From positions 5,077 to 69,076 of the forward strand of contig JBDRJV010000047.1 in assembly GCA_043814605.1 (NCBI GenBank): 64,000 nt of DNA. Reading direction: 5' to 3'. The notes under the pieces are model-generated. The model saw only the letters and a program-made list of their open reading frames with translations. It ran no database searches and had not been told where the DNA came from. Source of the DNA: Candidatus Omnitrophota bacterium. GTDB lineage: Bacteria; Omnitrophota; Gorgyraeia; B26-G9. Positions 10,410-19,367 of the stretch are shown here, one piece after another. Within the stretch, counting starts at the first letter, position 1. Every line of letters begins with the position of its first letter. The position numbers and the translations under genes were made by a program.

Positions 10410-10602
10410 CTACTCGCTACTATTTACTTAAAAAAATAAGTTTAATTATTTTGTAATGAATAAAATATGAATGGTGAGTTTTGCAAGTGAACTGTATATA
10501 TAAGCGTATTTTAGAGGAATTGAGTATTTTTCTCTCTACTTGCTACTCGCTTGTGCCCGTAAGGGTACTACTCTCTACTTAAAAAAAGAAGGAGCTAAAA
10601 AC

Positions 10603-11820
10603 GTGCGCAACAACAGAAGAGTCGTAGTTACAGGAATTGGGATTGTTTCGGCATTAGGCATTGGCCGGGATAAGTTTTGGGATAATATTAAAAAAGGTAA
10701 GTCAGGGATATCTAAGATTACCTCAATAGATACATCTGCTTATAAATGCCATTATGGCGGAGAAGTAAAAGATTTTAATCCTGAAGATTTTATCCCGAAA
10801 AGAAGAATAAAGTTTTTAGGCAAAACATCACAGTTGGCAATTGCCGCGGCTTATTTAGCTTTACAAGATTCCGGTATTCCTTTAAAGCGAATCCCCAAAG
10901 AATCAATGGGTGTGATCATGGGAACAACTATTGGGGAGAAAGCTATAGAAGAGTTAGCTGCACAATGGGCCAAAGGCGGATTAAAAGAAATAGACAGAAA
11001 AAAACTTTTCCAGGCTGCTGCCAATAATATTCCGGCTAATGTAGCTATACAGTTTAAAGCCATGGGATTAAATTGTTTAATCCCCAATGCCTGTGCTGCG
11101 GGTAATTATGCAATTGGTTATGGATATGATTTAATAAGGAATAAAGATTTAAATTTTGCTTTAGTCGGTGGAAGTGAATCGTTTTCACCTTTAGCCTATG
11201 CCGGGTTTCAAAGGCTTTATGCTATGTCTCCGGATAAATGCAGTCCTTTTGATAAAAATAGAAAAGGCATGATGCTGGGAGAAGGTTCTGGAATATTATT
11301 TTTAGAATCTTTAGAATCAGCTTTAAAACGCAAAGTAAAGATTTACGCGGAAATTTTAGGTTACGGCTTATCCTGCGATGCTTATCATGCTACAGCGCCT
11401 GACCCCAAAGGCATTGCTCGAGTTATGCAAAAGGCGTTAGATCAAGCGAATATTAGTTATAAAGAGGTTGATTATGTTTGCGCGCACGGTACAGGTACTC
11501 CGGCTAATGATAAAGCCGAAAGCGCGGCAGTCAAGGAAGTTTTCAAAGAGAGGCATAAAGAAGTATTAGTTAGTTCAATAAAATCAATGCTCGGGCATAC
11601 AATGGGTGCGTCTTCAGCGATTGCAGGAGCAGCTTGTTGCTTAGGGATAAAAGAAGGAATTGTGCCGCCGACCATAAACTTTGAAACTCCGGATCCGGAA
11701 TGTGATATAGACTGCGTGCCGAATAAAGCGCGTAAAAAAGATCTGAATGTTGTTTTAAATAACGGCTTTGCTTTTGGCGGAAATAATTGCTGCGTGGCGT
11801 TTGGGAAATATAGCGGATAG
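10603..11820 (+). CDS. fabF: beta-ketoacyl-ACP synthase II-like (active)
   Basis: NACAAG (Cys), AHGTGT, GHTMG, NGFAFGG; start GTG 10603 after GAAGGAG. Confidence 0.88.
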   Translation: MRNNRRVVVTGIGIVSALGIGRDKFWDNIKKGKSGISKITSIDTSAYKCHYGGEVKDFNPEDFIPKRRIKFLGKTSQLAIAAAYLALQDSGIPLKRIPKESMGVIMGTTIGEKAIEELAAQWAKGGLKEIDRKKLFQAAANNIPANVAIQFKAMGLNCLIPNACAAGNYAIGYGYDLIRNKDLNFALVGGSESFSPLAYAGFQRLYAMSPDKCSPFDKNRKGMMLGEGSGILFLESLESALKRKVKIYAEILGYGLSCDAYHATAPDPKGIARVMQKALDQANISYKEVDYVCAHGTGTPANDKAESAAVKEVFKERHKEVLVSSIKSMLGHTMGASSAIAGAACCLGIKEGIVPPTINFETPDPECDIDCVPNKARKKDLNVVLNNGFAFGGNNCCVAFGKYSG

Positions 11821-12121
11821 AAAAAAGTTACAAATTATAAATTATGAGTTACGAGTGAAAAGCTGAATTCTGAAAGCTGATGGCTGATAGCTAGTAATTT
11901 ATTTAACTGGTAAAGGGTACACAGGACAACCGGGTTAATGAAGGAAATATTTATACCTGCTAAAATTTATGTCAGGGGAACAATAACTCTGCTAAAATTT
12001 TAATAACTTGATAAAAAACAGTAAATGATTTATACAAAACAGGGTTGACAGTACTGATTTGTATAAGATTGAATATTTTAGAATTTATTTAAAAATATGG
12101 AGATAGAATCAGTATAGGCAG

Positions 12122-12231
12122 TTTTATACATCCGCGGCCTAAAACCGCGCCCATTTATGGCGCGGATAAAAGGAGGCCGCTTGAGTATTCCACCTCAGGA
12201 ACCACGGGCTTTAGCCCGTGGGGGTTCCATT
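12122..12231 (+). mobile_element. about 108-bp non-coding palindromic element B (IS200/IS605-end-like), copy 1
   Basis: GC-rich hairpins including CCACGGGCTTTAGCCCGTGG; near-identical inverted copy at 20271-20377. Confidence 0.7.
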
Positions 12232-12497
12232 AAAAAGCAATAACATTAATATCTGCAGTTAGTTGCATTATTAAAAAAGATAATTTTTCAAAAACAAAAA
12301 ATGACAAATTTAAAGTGATACTTTAAAATTATCAATAATTTATACAAATTAGTATTGACAGTACTGATTTGTATAAGTTTGGATGCGTAATAAGGATAAT
12401 AATATATTGTAAGGAAAAACATGACTTGACAGCAATATATTATGCCTGCTATAATTTATATAAAATTAATAATAACCCTGCTAAAATTTAGAAAAAA

Positions 12498-13745
12498 ATG
12501 TATATACATAGAGATCTCGAAAAAAAAATTATTAAATACTTAGATAGTCCGGAAATTTTGGCGATCATTGGCCCTCGGCAGAGCGGGAAGACTACGCTAA
12601 TTAAAAATGTTCTAAAAACTCTTAAAAACGCTGTATACATAGATTTTGAAGACAGAGAAGTTCTGGAATTATTTAATAGTGATATAAAGTCTTTTTATAA
12701 GTTATATGTTAAAGATTCTAAATATTTATTTGTTGACGAATTTCAATACGCGAAAGAAGGCGGCAAAAAGTTAAAGTATTTATATGATACTTTTAAACTA
12801 AAAATTATTATTTCCGGCTCTTCCAGCCTTGATCTTACAAAGCAGGCGATAAAATATTTAGTGGGGAGAGTTTTTGTTTTTTACCTTTATCCTTTTAGTT
12901 TCAAGGAATATCTGGATTTTCGCGATAAGTCATGTTATGAGAATATTTATTTAGATATCCATGAAACTGTCAAAGAATATTTTTTATACAAGAAAAAATC
13001 TATTCCGCTTATTTCTCCAGAAATGATAAAAAAAATTAATAAATATTATCATGAATATGCGATTTTTGGCGGATACCCCCGTGTAGTTCTGGCTAAAGGT
13101 ATTGAAGAAAAAATAACCGTTCTGAAAAATATTTACAACACTTACTTTTTAAGAGAAATAAGGGATATCCTACAGCTGAGTACAGAAGTGGAATTACAAA
13201 AGCTGATCAAATGCCTAGCGCTTCAGACAGGCAGTATAGTCTCATATAAAGAATTAAGCCAAACAACAAGTTTAAATTATAATAACCTGTTAAAACATTT
13301 AAATATCCTTGAGAATACTTTTGTGATAAAAAAACTTCTGCCGTTTTTTCGTAATAAAAGAACAGAAATCGCCAAAGCTCCGAAAATTTATTTTGTGGAT
13401 AATGGTTTGAGAAATATGTCGGTAGGTAATTTTCAGGACATGGGAGAACGAGTTGATAGAGGCAGTATTAATGAGAATTTTATTGCCGGAGAATTATTAA
13501 AGCAGGAATTTGCCATAAATTACTGGAGAACAAAATCTAACGCGGAAGTTGATTTTATCTTGGAAAAACAGGGCAAACACAGCGCGATTGAAGTAAAATC
13601 CAGATTGTCTTCGGATAAAATCGGTAGAGCATTAATCGCTTTTAAAGAAAAATATCCTGATTTTAGAATAACTATTGTTTCTGAAAATTATTATAGTTTT
13701 AATAAAAAAGAGCAGGTTTTTTTTCTGCCGTTATTTTTTGTTTAA
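12498..13745 (+). CDS. AAA_14 ATPase with DUF4143 C-terminus
   Basis: GPRQSGKT, FVDEFQ, SGSS, GGYP, KAPKIYFVDNG, EVDF..IEVK. Confidence 0.9.
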   Translation: MYIHRDLEKKIIKYLDSPEILAIIGPRQSGKTTLIKNVLKTLKNAVYIDFEDREVLELFNSDIKSFYKLYVKDSKYLFVDEFQYAKEGGKKLKYLYDTFKLKIIISGSSSLDLTKQAIKYLVGRVFVFYLYPFSFKEYLDFRDKSCYENIYLDIHETVKEYFLYKKKSIPLISPEMIKKINKYYHEYAIFGGYPRVVLAKGIEEKITVLKNIYNTYFLREIRDILQLSTEVELQKLIKCLALQTGSIVSYKELSQTTSLNYNNLLKHLNILENTFVIKKLLPFFRNKRTEIAKAPKIYFVDNGLRNMSVGNFQDMGERVDRGSINENFIAGELLKQEFAINYWRTKSNAEVDFILEKQGKHSAIEVKSRLSSDKIGRALIAFKEKYPDFRITIVSENYYSFNKKEQVFFLPLFFV

Positions 13746-13784
13746 AAAAGAAATAATTGCTGTGTCGCGTTTGGGAAATATAAA

Positions 13785-13878
13785 TAATGTTGTGTAATGT
13801 TTAATGTGTTATGTGTAATGAATTTTTTATGCATCAAGCTCCAGGCTGCAAGCTTCAGGGGTTTTAGCTTGCGACTTG
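13785..13878 (+). repeat. about 95-bp post-gene heptamer module, also at ~23690-23781 (+) and partly at 28541-28605 (-)
   Basis: shared ATGAATTTTTATGCA(T/G)CAAG(C/T)TCCAGGCTGCAAGC..CAGGG..CTTG(C/T)GACTTG. Confidence 0.75.
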
Positions 13879-13923
13879 TTGAGAACATTAATATATTTTT
13901 AGCGAAATCCCGCTAAGGCGGGG
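13879..13923 (+). repeat. element A, copy 2
   Basis: TTGAGAACATTAATATATTTTTAGCGAAATCCCGCTAAGGCGGGG. Confidence 0.85.
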
Positions 13924-13950
13924 CTACTCGCTACTTTTAAAAGAGGCTTC

Positions 13951-15033
13951 ATGAACAAAAAACGGACAATATTTTTAACCGGTGCGACGGGATTAATCGC
14001 TTCCTATTTATTGAAATTACTTTTAGAAAACGGCAATAAAGTTTATGCTCTAGCTAGAGGTAAAAAAGATCAGTCTGCTAAAGATCGAGTAATTGACATG
14101 TTGAAATTCTGGCAGGCGGATATCTCGCCGGATTTATTTAAAAATTTAACTGTTGTTGAAGGAGATATTACTTATTCAGATTTAGTTAAGCTGGATGCAA
14201 AAGATATTTTAAATAAGCTTTATAATGAAATTGAAATAATTTTTCACAGCGCAGCATTAGCAGAATTAAAAGTTTTGTATGAAAAGATAAAAAAGATAAA
14301 TGTTGACGGCACCAGAAATGTTCTGGATTTTGCCCTAAAATGCAAAAAATTAAAAAAAGTAAATCATATCAGTACAGCATATGTTGTAGGAGATAAAAAC
14401 GGCATAGAATTTAGCGAAGATATGCTTGACGTCGGCCAGGGATTTCATAATACATACGAGCAAACTAAGTTTGAAGCAGAAGTTTTATGTCATGAATATA
14501 TAGATAACAAAGGATTAAATATCTCTATTTTTCGTCCAAGCATGGTAATGGGTGATTCAATAGAAGGAAAAACCAATAATTTTAGATTATTTTATGAGCC
14601 GCTGCATTTCTTTTCTAAAGAAATTTACGAAGCTTTCCCGGTAAATCCTAATTATACGCAAAACTTGATTAATAATGATGTTGTGGGAAAAGCGATTTTT
14701 GCATTAGGAGAAATAGAAAATATTGCAGTATATCATATTGTTTCTCCAAATCATATTACAATGCAGTTTTTTATGCAGACTGCAGCAGAACATTTTGGAT
14801 ACAAATTGCCAAAGCTTATCCCTATTGAAAAGTTTAATTTTAATCAATGGACAGCATCACAAAAACTTTTAGCAGAACCATTTATCCCATATTTTAATTT
14901 TAATACAAAATTTTTGTCTAAAAAAACAGGTGAAATTTTTAATAAAGTTAAACTTAAACTTCCAGAAATAAAAAAAGAGAGTTTAATTAAAATATTTAAT
15001 TTTTGCAATAAGGCTGATTTTATAAAAAATTAA
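13951..15033 (+). CDS. extended SDR, fatty-acyl/thioester reductase type
   Basis: TGATGLIA, HSAA, NVDGT, HISTAYV, YEQTK (YxxxK), FRPSMVMG. Confidence 0.85.
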   Translation: MNKKRTIFLTGATGLIASYLLKLLLENGNKVYALARGKKDQSAKDRVIDMLKFWQADISPDLFKNLTVVEGDITYSDLVKLDAKDILNKLYNEIEIIFHSAALAELKVLYEKIKKINVDGTRNVLDFALKCKKLKKVNHISTAYVVGDKNGIEFSEDMLDVGQGFHNTYEQTKFEAEVLCHEYIDNKGLNISIFRPSMVMGDSIEGKTNNFRLFYEPLHFFSKEIYEAFPVNPNYTQNLINNDVVGKAIFALGEIENIAVYHIVSPNHITMQFFMQTAAEHFGYKLPKLIPIEKFNFNQWTASQKLLAEPFIPYFNFNTKFLSKKTGEIFNKVKLKLPEIKKESLIKIFNFCNKADFIKN

Positions 15034-15047
15034 CAAAAGGCGAGAAA

Positions 15048-15647
15048 ATGGATATTTTAAAAATTATAAAGGAAAGAAAGAGTATTAGAAAATATCAGGA
15101 TAAGCCTATTCCAAAAGAAATAATTAATAAAATAATTGAAGCAGGTATTTGGGGGCCGTCTGTCCCAAGTTTTTTAAAAATCCAACCGTTTAAATTTGTT
15201 GTTGTAACTAAAAAAGAAATAATCGCAAAAATTTCTTCGCTATTAGAAAAGAAATCGTTAAAAGTTTCTGTAGCAGCTAAAATTTTACTGAAAGGAGCAA
15301 GCAATATTATTAATGCTGTTCCGGTGGTAGTTTTTGTTTACAAAACAAAAGATCTAGAGAATTCGCAGCATAAGTTTAAAGAGGTATATTTAAGTCTTAA
15401 AAAAGTGGTTAAAACTGCTCAAATATCTGCAATTTCAGCAGCAATCCAAAATATGATTTTAACTGCTGAAAAATTAGGGGTAGGGTCTTGCTGGTTAGAT
15501 ATCCCCTTGTTTTGCGAACAAAACATTAACAAGGTGCTAAATAACAATAATAAATTAATTGCTGTATTAACTCTTGGTTATCCTGCAGAAAAAGGGAAAC
15601 GATCACCAAGGAAACCATATGAGGAAGCAGTGGAATTTATAACATGA
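15048..15647 (+). CDS. nitroreductase family flavoprotein
   Basis: RKSIRKY, WGPS, QNMILTAEKLGVGSCW, LGYP. Confidence 0.88.
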   Translation: MDILKIIKERKSIRKYQDKPIPKEIINKIIEAGIWGPSVPSFLKIQPFKFVVVTKKEIIAKISSLLEKKSLKVSVAAKILLKGASNIINAVPVVVFVYKTKDLENSQHKFKEVYLSLKKVVKTAQISAISAAIQNMILTAEKLGVGSCWLDIPLFCEQNINKVLNNNNKLIAVLTLGYPAEKGKRSPRKPYEEAVEFIT

Positions 15648-17110
15648 ATAATAAATATGATGACATAATAATCGGAGCTGGTATTGGGGGATTAGTTTGT
15701 GGATGTTACTTAGCGAAACAAGGAAGAAAAGTTTTGATTGTTGAACAACATTTCCAAGCAGGTGGGTATTGTAGTTCATTTAAAAGAAAAGGTTTTACTT
15801 TTGATACTTCAATTCATTCAATAGGAAGTTTAAGAGAAGGAGGTAAAGTAAGAAAAATATTTAATGAACTTGGACTAGAAGATGAAATAGAATTAACCAG
15901 GTCAGACCCTACCGATATTTTAATTTTTCCGGGTCATACGATTTTTATAAGAAACAAGTTAAATGATACTATAGCTAGTTTTCAGGAATCATTTCCACAT
16001 GAATTTGAAAAAATTAAAGACTTTTTTTATTTTATTTACAATTTTGATTTTATAAAAAACTATTCAAATTTAAAAACTAAAACATTCAAAGATGTTTTAA
16101 ATATTTATTTTCAAGATGAAAAATTGAAATCTATAATCAGTATTATATTAGGCAATATTGGATTGCCTGCGAGCAGAGTCGCTGCATTACCAGCCATTGT
16201 TCTTTATAAAGAATTTATTTTGGATGGGGGGTATTATCCTAAAGGAGGCATGCAATCATTTTCAAATGGTTTAGCAAGAAAATTTAAAAAATTAGGAGGA
16301 GAATTAAGATTAAAAAATAAAGTTGAAAAAATAATTATAAAAAAAAATAAAGCGGTAGGAATAATTATTGGTAAAGAAGAAAAAATATTTTCTGATAATG
16401 TTATTTCGAATTGTGATGCTACGCATACTTTTTTAGATCTTATAGGGAAAAAATTTTTGTCTGATAAGTTTGTTAAAAAAATTGATAATCTTGAAACTTC
16501 AGCATCTGCTTTTGTTGTATATTTAGGTTTAAATAAGAGTTATAATTCAATTTTAAAAAACAGATGTAGTTGGTGGTGTTATTTAAGTGATAAATATGAT
16601 GTGGAAAAGGTATTTTCAGATATTAAAAGAAAAAATAAACCATATTCTGATAATTTTGTGTTTTGTATATTTACATCCTCACATGATAGATCTCTCGCTC
16701 CTGAAAGAGGAGAGACAATCTCTTTAGTTAGTCTAGCGACAGTTAAGGATCTAGATTTTTGGAAAAAAAATAAGGAAAAATTTGCAGATGATTTAATTAA
16801 AAGAGCAGAAAAATTTATTCCAGAGCTATCAAAACATATTATTGTAAAAGAAATAGCAACTCCACATACTATGCAGCGATATACTCTTAATAAAGATGGG
16901 GCTGCTTATGGATGGGCTTCTACTGTAACTCAAATTGATAAAGAAATTATGCCTAGAGAAACAAACATAAAAAATTTATACTTAACTGGACATTGGACTA
17001 CTCAGGGAAGTGGCCAGGGAGGGGTTTCAACTGTAGCTTATTCTGGTAGAAGTATAGCTAAATTACTGATTAGAAGAAAAAATTTTTATGAGAAAAAAGG
17101 GATTAAATAA
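15644..17110 (+). CDS. phytoene desaturase-like FAD oxidoreductase
   Basis: IIGAGIGGL, GGYCSSF, YYPKGG, ATPHT, NLYLTGHW. Confidence 0.88.
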   Translation: MNNKYDDIIIGAGIGGLVCGCYLAKQGRKVLIVEQHFQAGGYCSSFKRKGFTFDTSIHSIGSLREGGKVRKIFNELGLEDEIELTRSDPTDILIFPGHTIFIRNKLNDTIASFQESFPHEFEKIKDFFYFIYNFDFIKNYSNLKTKTFKDVLNIYFQDEKLKSIISIILGNIGLPASRVAALPAIVLYKEFILDGGYYPKGGMQSFSNGLARKFKKLGGELRLKNKVEKIIIKKNKAVGIIIGKEEKIFSDNVISNCDATHTFLDLIGKKFLSDKFVKKIDNLETSASAFVVYLGLNKSYNSILKNRCSWWCYLSDKYDVEKVFSDIKRKNKPYSDNFVFCIFTSSHDRSLAPERGETISLVSLATVKDLDFWKKNKEKFADDLIKRAEKFIPELSKHIIVKEIATPHTMQRYTLNKDGAAYGWASTVTQIDKEIMPRETNIKNLYLTGHWTTQGSGQGGVSTVAYSGRSIAKLLIRRKNFYEKKGIK

Positions 17111-19329
17111 TGAATTTATTTTCTTTAACTAGTATAGTTGTAATTCTTTCTACTTTGGGGCTTGGATTTTTTATTTTTATAACAAATAAAAATAATAAAG
17201 TTGCTAGTTCTTATGGAGCGTTAGCTATTGCAGCAGGTATCTGGGGAATAGGAGCTTTTTTATTTTCGACTACTTCTAACAAAGAAACAGCGTTATTTGG
17301 GTGGAGAATAGCACATATAGGTATAATATTTACACCGCCACTTTTTTTCCATTTTGTTTGTAGATTAGCTAATTTAAACAAAAAAAGGTTGCTTTTTATT
17401 AGTTATTTGTCGGGCTTGTTATTTTTGTTACTTTGTTTTTTAGATACTAAATTATTTTTAGGGGATATAGATTTTGTTTTTAATAGTTTTTATTTTTTAG
17501 CTTGGTATAAACAGAAAAATATAGGTTACTTATTATATTATATTCTGTTTTATCATATTTTATTAGGATATGCATTTTTACTATTGTTGCAGTTTTATAC
17601 AAAAATAATAGGTATTATGCGTATTCGAGTCAAATATATAATTTTAGCTTCTGTAATTGGTTGGTTAGGTCCACATGGTATGTATGTATTAATTTTAGGA
17701 ATTAAAAAATTATATCCAATTTCAAATCTTTGTATAGGTATATATCCATTTATTATTGCATACGCAATTGCAAAACATAGACTTATGGATGTCAAGGTTG
17801 CAATTACACGTAGTGCAATTTTACTTATAGTGTATATTTGTATAGTTGGATTCCCTCTATTAGTAATAGGAGTAGGTAAAGAATACTTGCAGAATAGTTT
17901 TGGAAATAAATGGTTTTACCCTCCTTTAGCATTATATACATTATTAGCTTTGTTTGCTCCGTATATTTATTTAACTTTACAAACAAGAGCTGAGCAAAAA
18001 AGAATCAGACAGCAAATACATCTGCATCAATCTTTAAAAGCAGCTTCTAAAACAACAATTGAGGTGCAAAGTATTGATAAACTAGCTAAAATTATTCCCA
18101 GATATTTAATCCGGCTTTACAGCCGGTTAGATAATAAAATTAGCCATATTACTTTGTTTCTTAAGGATAAGAAAAAAGAAGAATATCATTTGCGTTCATC
18201 TGTAGGAAACCAAAAATTGCAATCAGATATCTTGATTAATTCCGACAGCTACCTTGCGAAATGGTTTACCAAGGTCAGAGAAGTTTTAGTGGAAAATGGA
18301 GCCGTAAAAGCCAAAGAAGTGGAAGTTTTAGTGTATGAGGATATTGATTTTTGGATGAATAAAGCCAGTATTTTGAGTGTGCCTTACAAAGGATTAAATA
18401 AAGTACTGAACAATTTAAAAAAAGAAATGAAAGAATTAAAAGCCAGTGTGATTTTGCCCTCTGTCTACCAAAAAGAATTGTTAGGATTTTTGATTTTAGG
18501 CGAGAAAACTCCGGATCCGTATTCATTAAATGATATTGATACTTTTTCTATTCTGGCTAATGACAGTGCTATGGCGTTTAAGGCTGCGCAATTATTTGAG
18601 GATTTAAAGATTGCGCAGGCACGCTTGATCCAATCAGAAAAACTAAACCTTCTGGGCCAGCTGGCCTCATCCATGGCGCATGAAATTAATAATCCTCTGG
18701 CAATTATTTCCGGCAATGTGCAGTTATTGCTTATGGATGAATCGGATGAGAGCAAGATGAAATTATTAACTAAAATCAATGACCAGACTGAACGCGGTTA
18801 TAAAATTATCCACCGCTTGCTAAATTTTTCCAAGCTTCCTAAAGAAGACATTAAAGAAATTGATATTAATCGTCTGGTAGATGAAACACTGGAATTGATC
18901 AATCATAAGATCGTGCACGGTAATATTGAACTGCAAAAGGATTTTAAAGCAACAGATATAATCCGCGGTAATCCCACGCAAATCCAGGAAGTTATCTTAA
19001 ACCTGTGTGTTAATGCTATCCAAGCTATGCCCCAGGGCGGGAAACTGATGATCAATACCAGCCGCGCGGGCGATATGGTGCAGATAGAAGTTAAGGATAC
19101 AGGAAAAGGCATCCCGCCGGAAGAAGTAAAGGATATATTTGATCCGTTCTTTACCAAGGGCAAGGAAAACGGTACAGGGTTGGGATTGTTTGTGGCCAGC
19201 CAGATCATGAGCCTGCATAACGGATTAATAAAAGTTAAAAGTAAGGTTGGCGAAGGCACTAGTTTTGTGTTAAAATTTGCTTTAGGCGATGAAGGGCCGA
19301 AAGGCACGGAAAGTGGGGTCAGGTCTTGA
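17110..19329 (+). CDS. membrane sensor histidine kinase HK2
   Basis: 7TM-type N-terminus; AHEINNPL; NAIQA, DTGKG, GTGLGL; last codons supplied by the left IR of the downstream element. Confidence 0.92.
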   Translation: MNLFSLTSIVVILSTLGLGFFIFITNKNNKVASSYGALAIAAGIWGIGAFLFSTTSNKETALFGWRIAHIGIIFTPPLFFHFVCRLANLNKKRLLFISYLSGLLFLLLCFLDTKLFLGDIDFVFNSFYFLAWYKQKNIGYLLYYILFYHILLGYAFLLLLQFYTKIIGIMRIRVKYIILASVIGWLGPHGMYVLILGIKKLYPISNLCIGIYPFIIAYAIAKHRLMDVKVAITRSAILLIVYICIVGFPLLVIGVGKEYLQNSFGNKWFYPPLALYTLLALFAPYIYLTLQTRAEQKRIRQQIHLHQSLKAASKTTIEVQSIDKLAKIIPRYLIRLYSRLDNKISHITLFLKDKKKEEYHLRSSVGNQKLQSDILINSDSYLAKWFTKVREVLVENGAVKAKEVEVLVYEDIDFWMNKASILSVPYKGLNKVLNNLKKEMKELKASVILPSVYQKELLGFLILGEKTPDPYSLNDIDTFSILANDSAMAFKAAQLFEDLKIAQARLIQSEKLNLLGQLASSMAHEINNPLAIISGNVQLLLMDESDESKMKLLTKINDQTERGYKIIHRLLNFSKLPKEDIKEIDINRLVDETLELINHKIVHGNIELQKDFKATDIIRGNPTQIQEVILNLCVNAIQAMPQGGKLMINTSRAGDMVQIEVKDTGKGIPPEEVKDIFDPFFTKGKENGTGLGLFVASQIMSLHNGLIKVKSKVGEGTSFVLKFALGDEGPKGTESGVRS

Positions 19330-19367
19330 AACTTGACAAAAAGTGATTTGAATAATAATATTGTAAT

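Noticed and set aside
10540-10602. ORF-track N-terminal extensions (also 26396, 30099, 34864, 36590, 42975, 48185, 54552, 58304)
   Set aside because: They run through repeats, promoters or upstream genes; better starts with SD or family-consistent N-termini lie downstream
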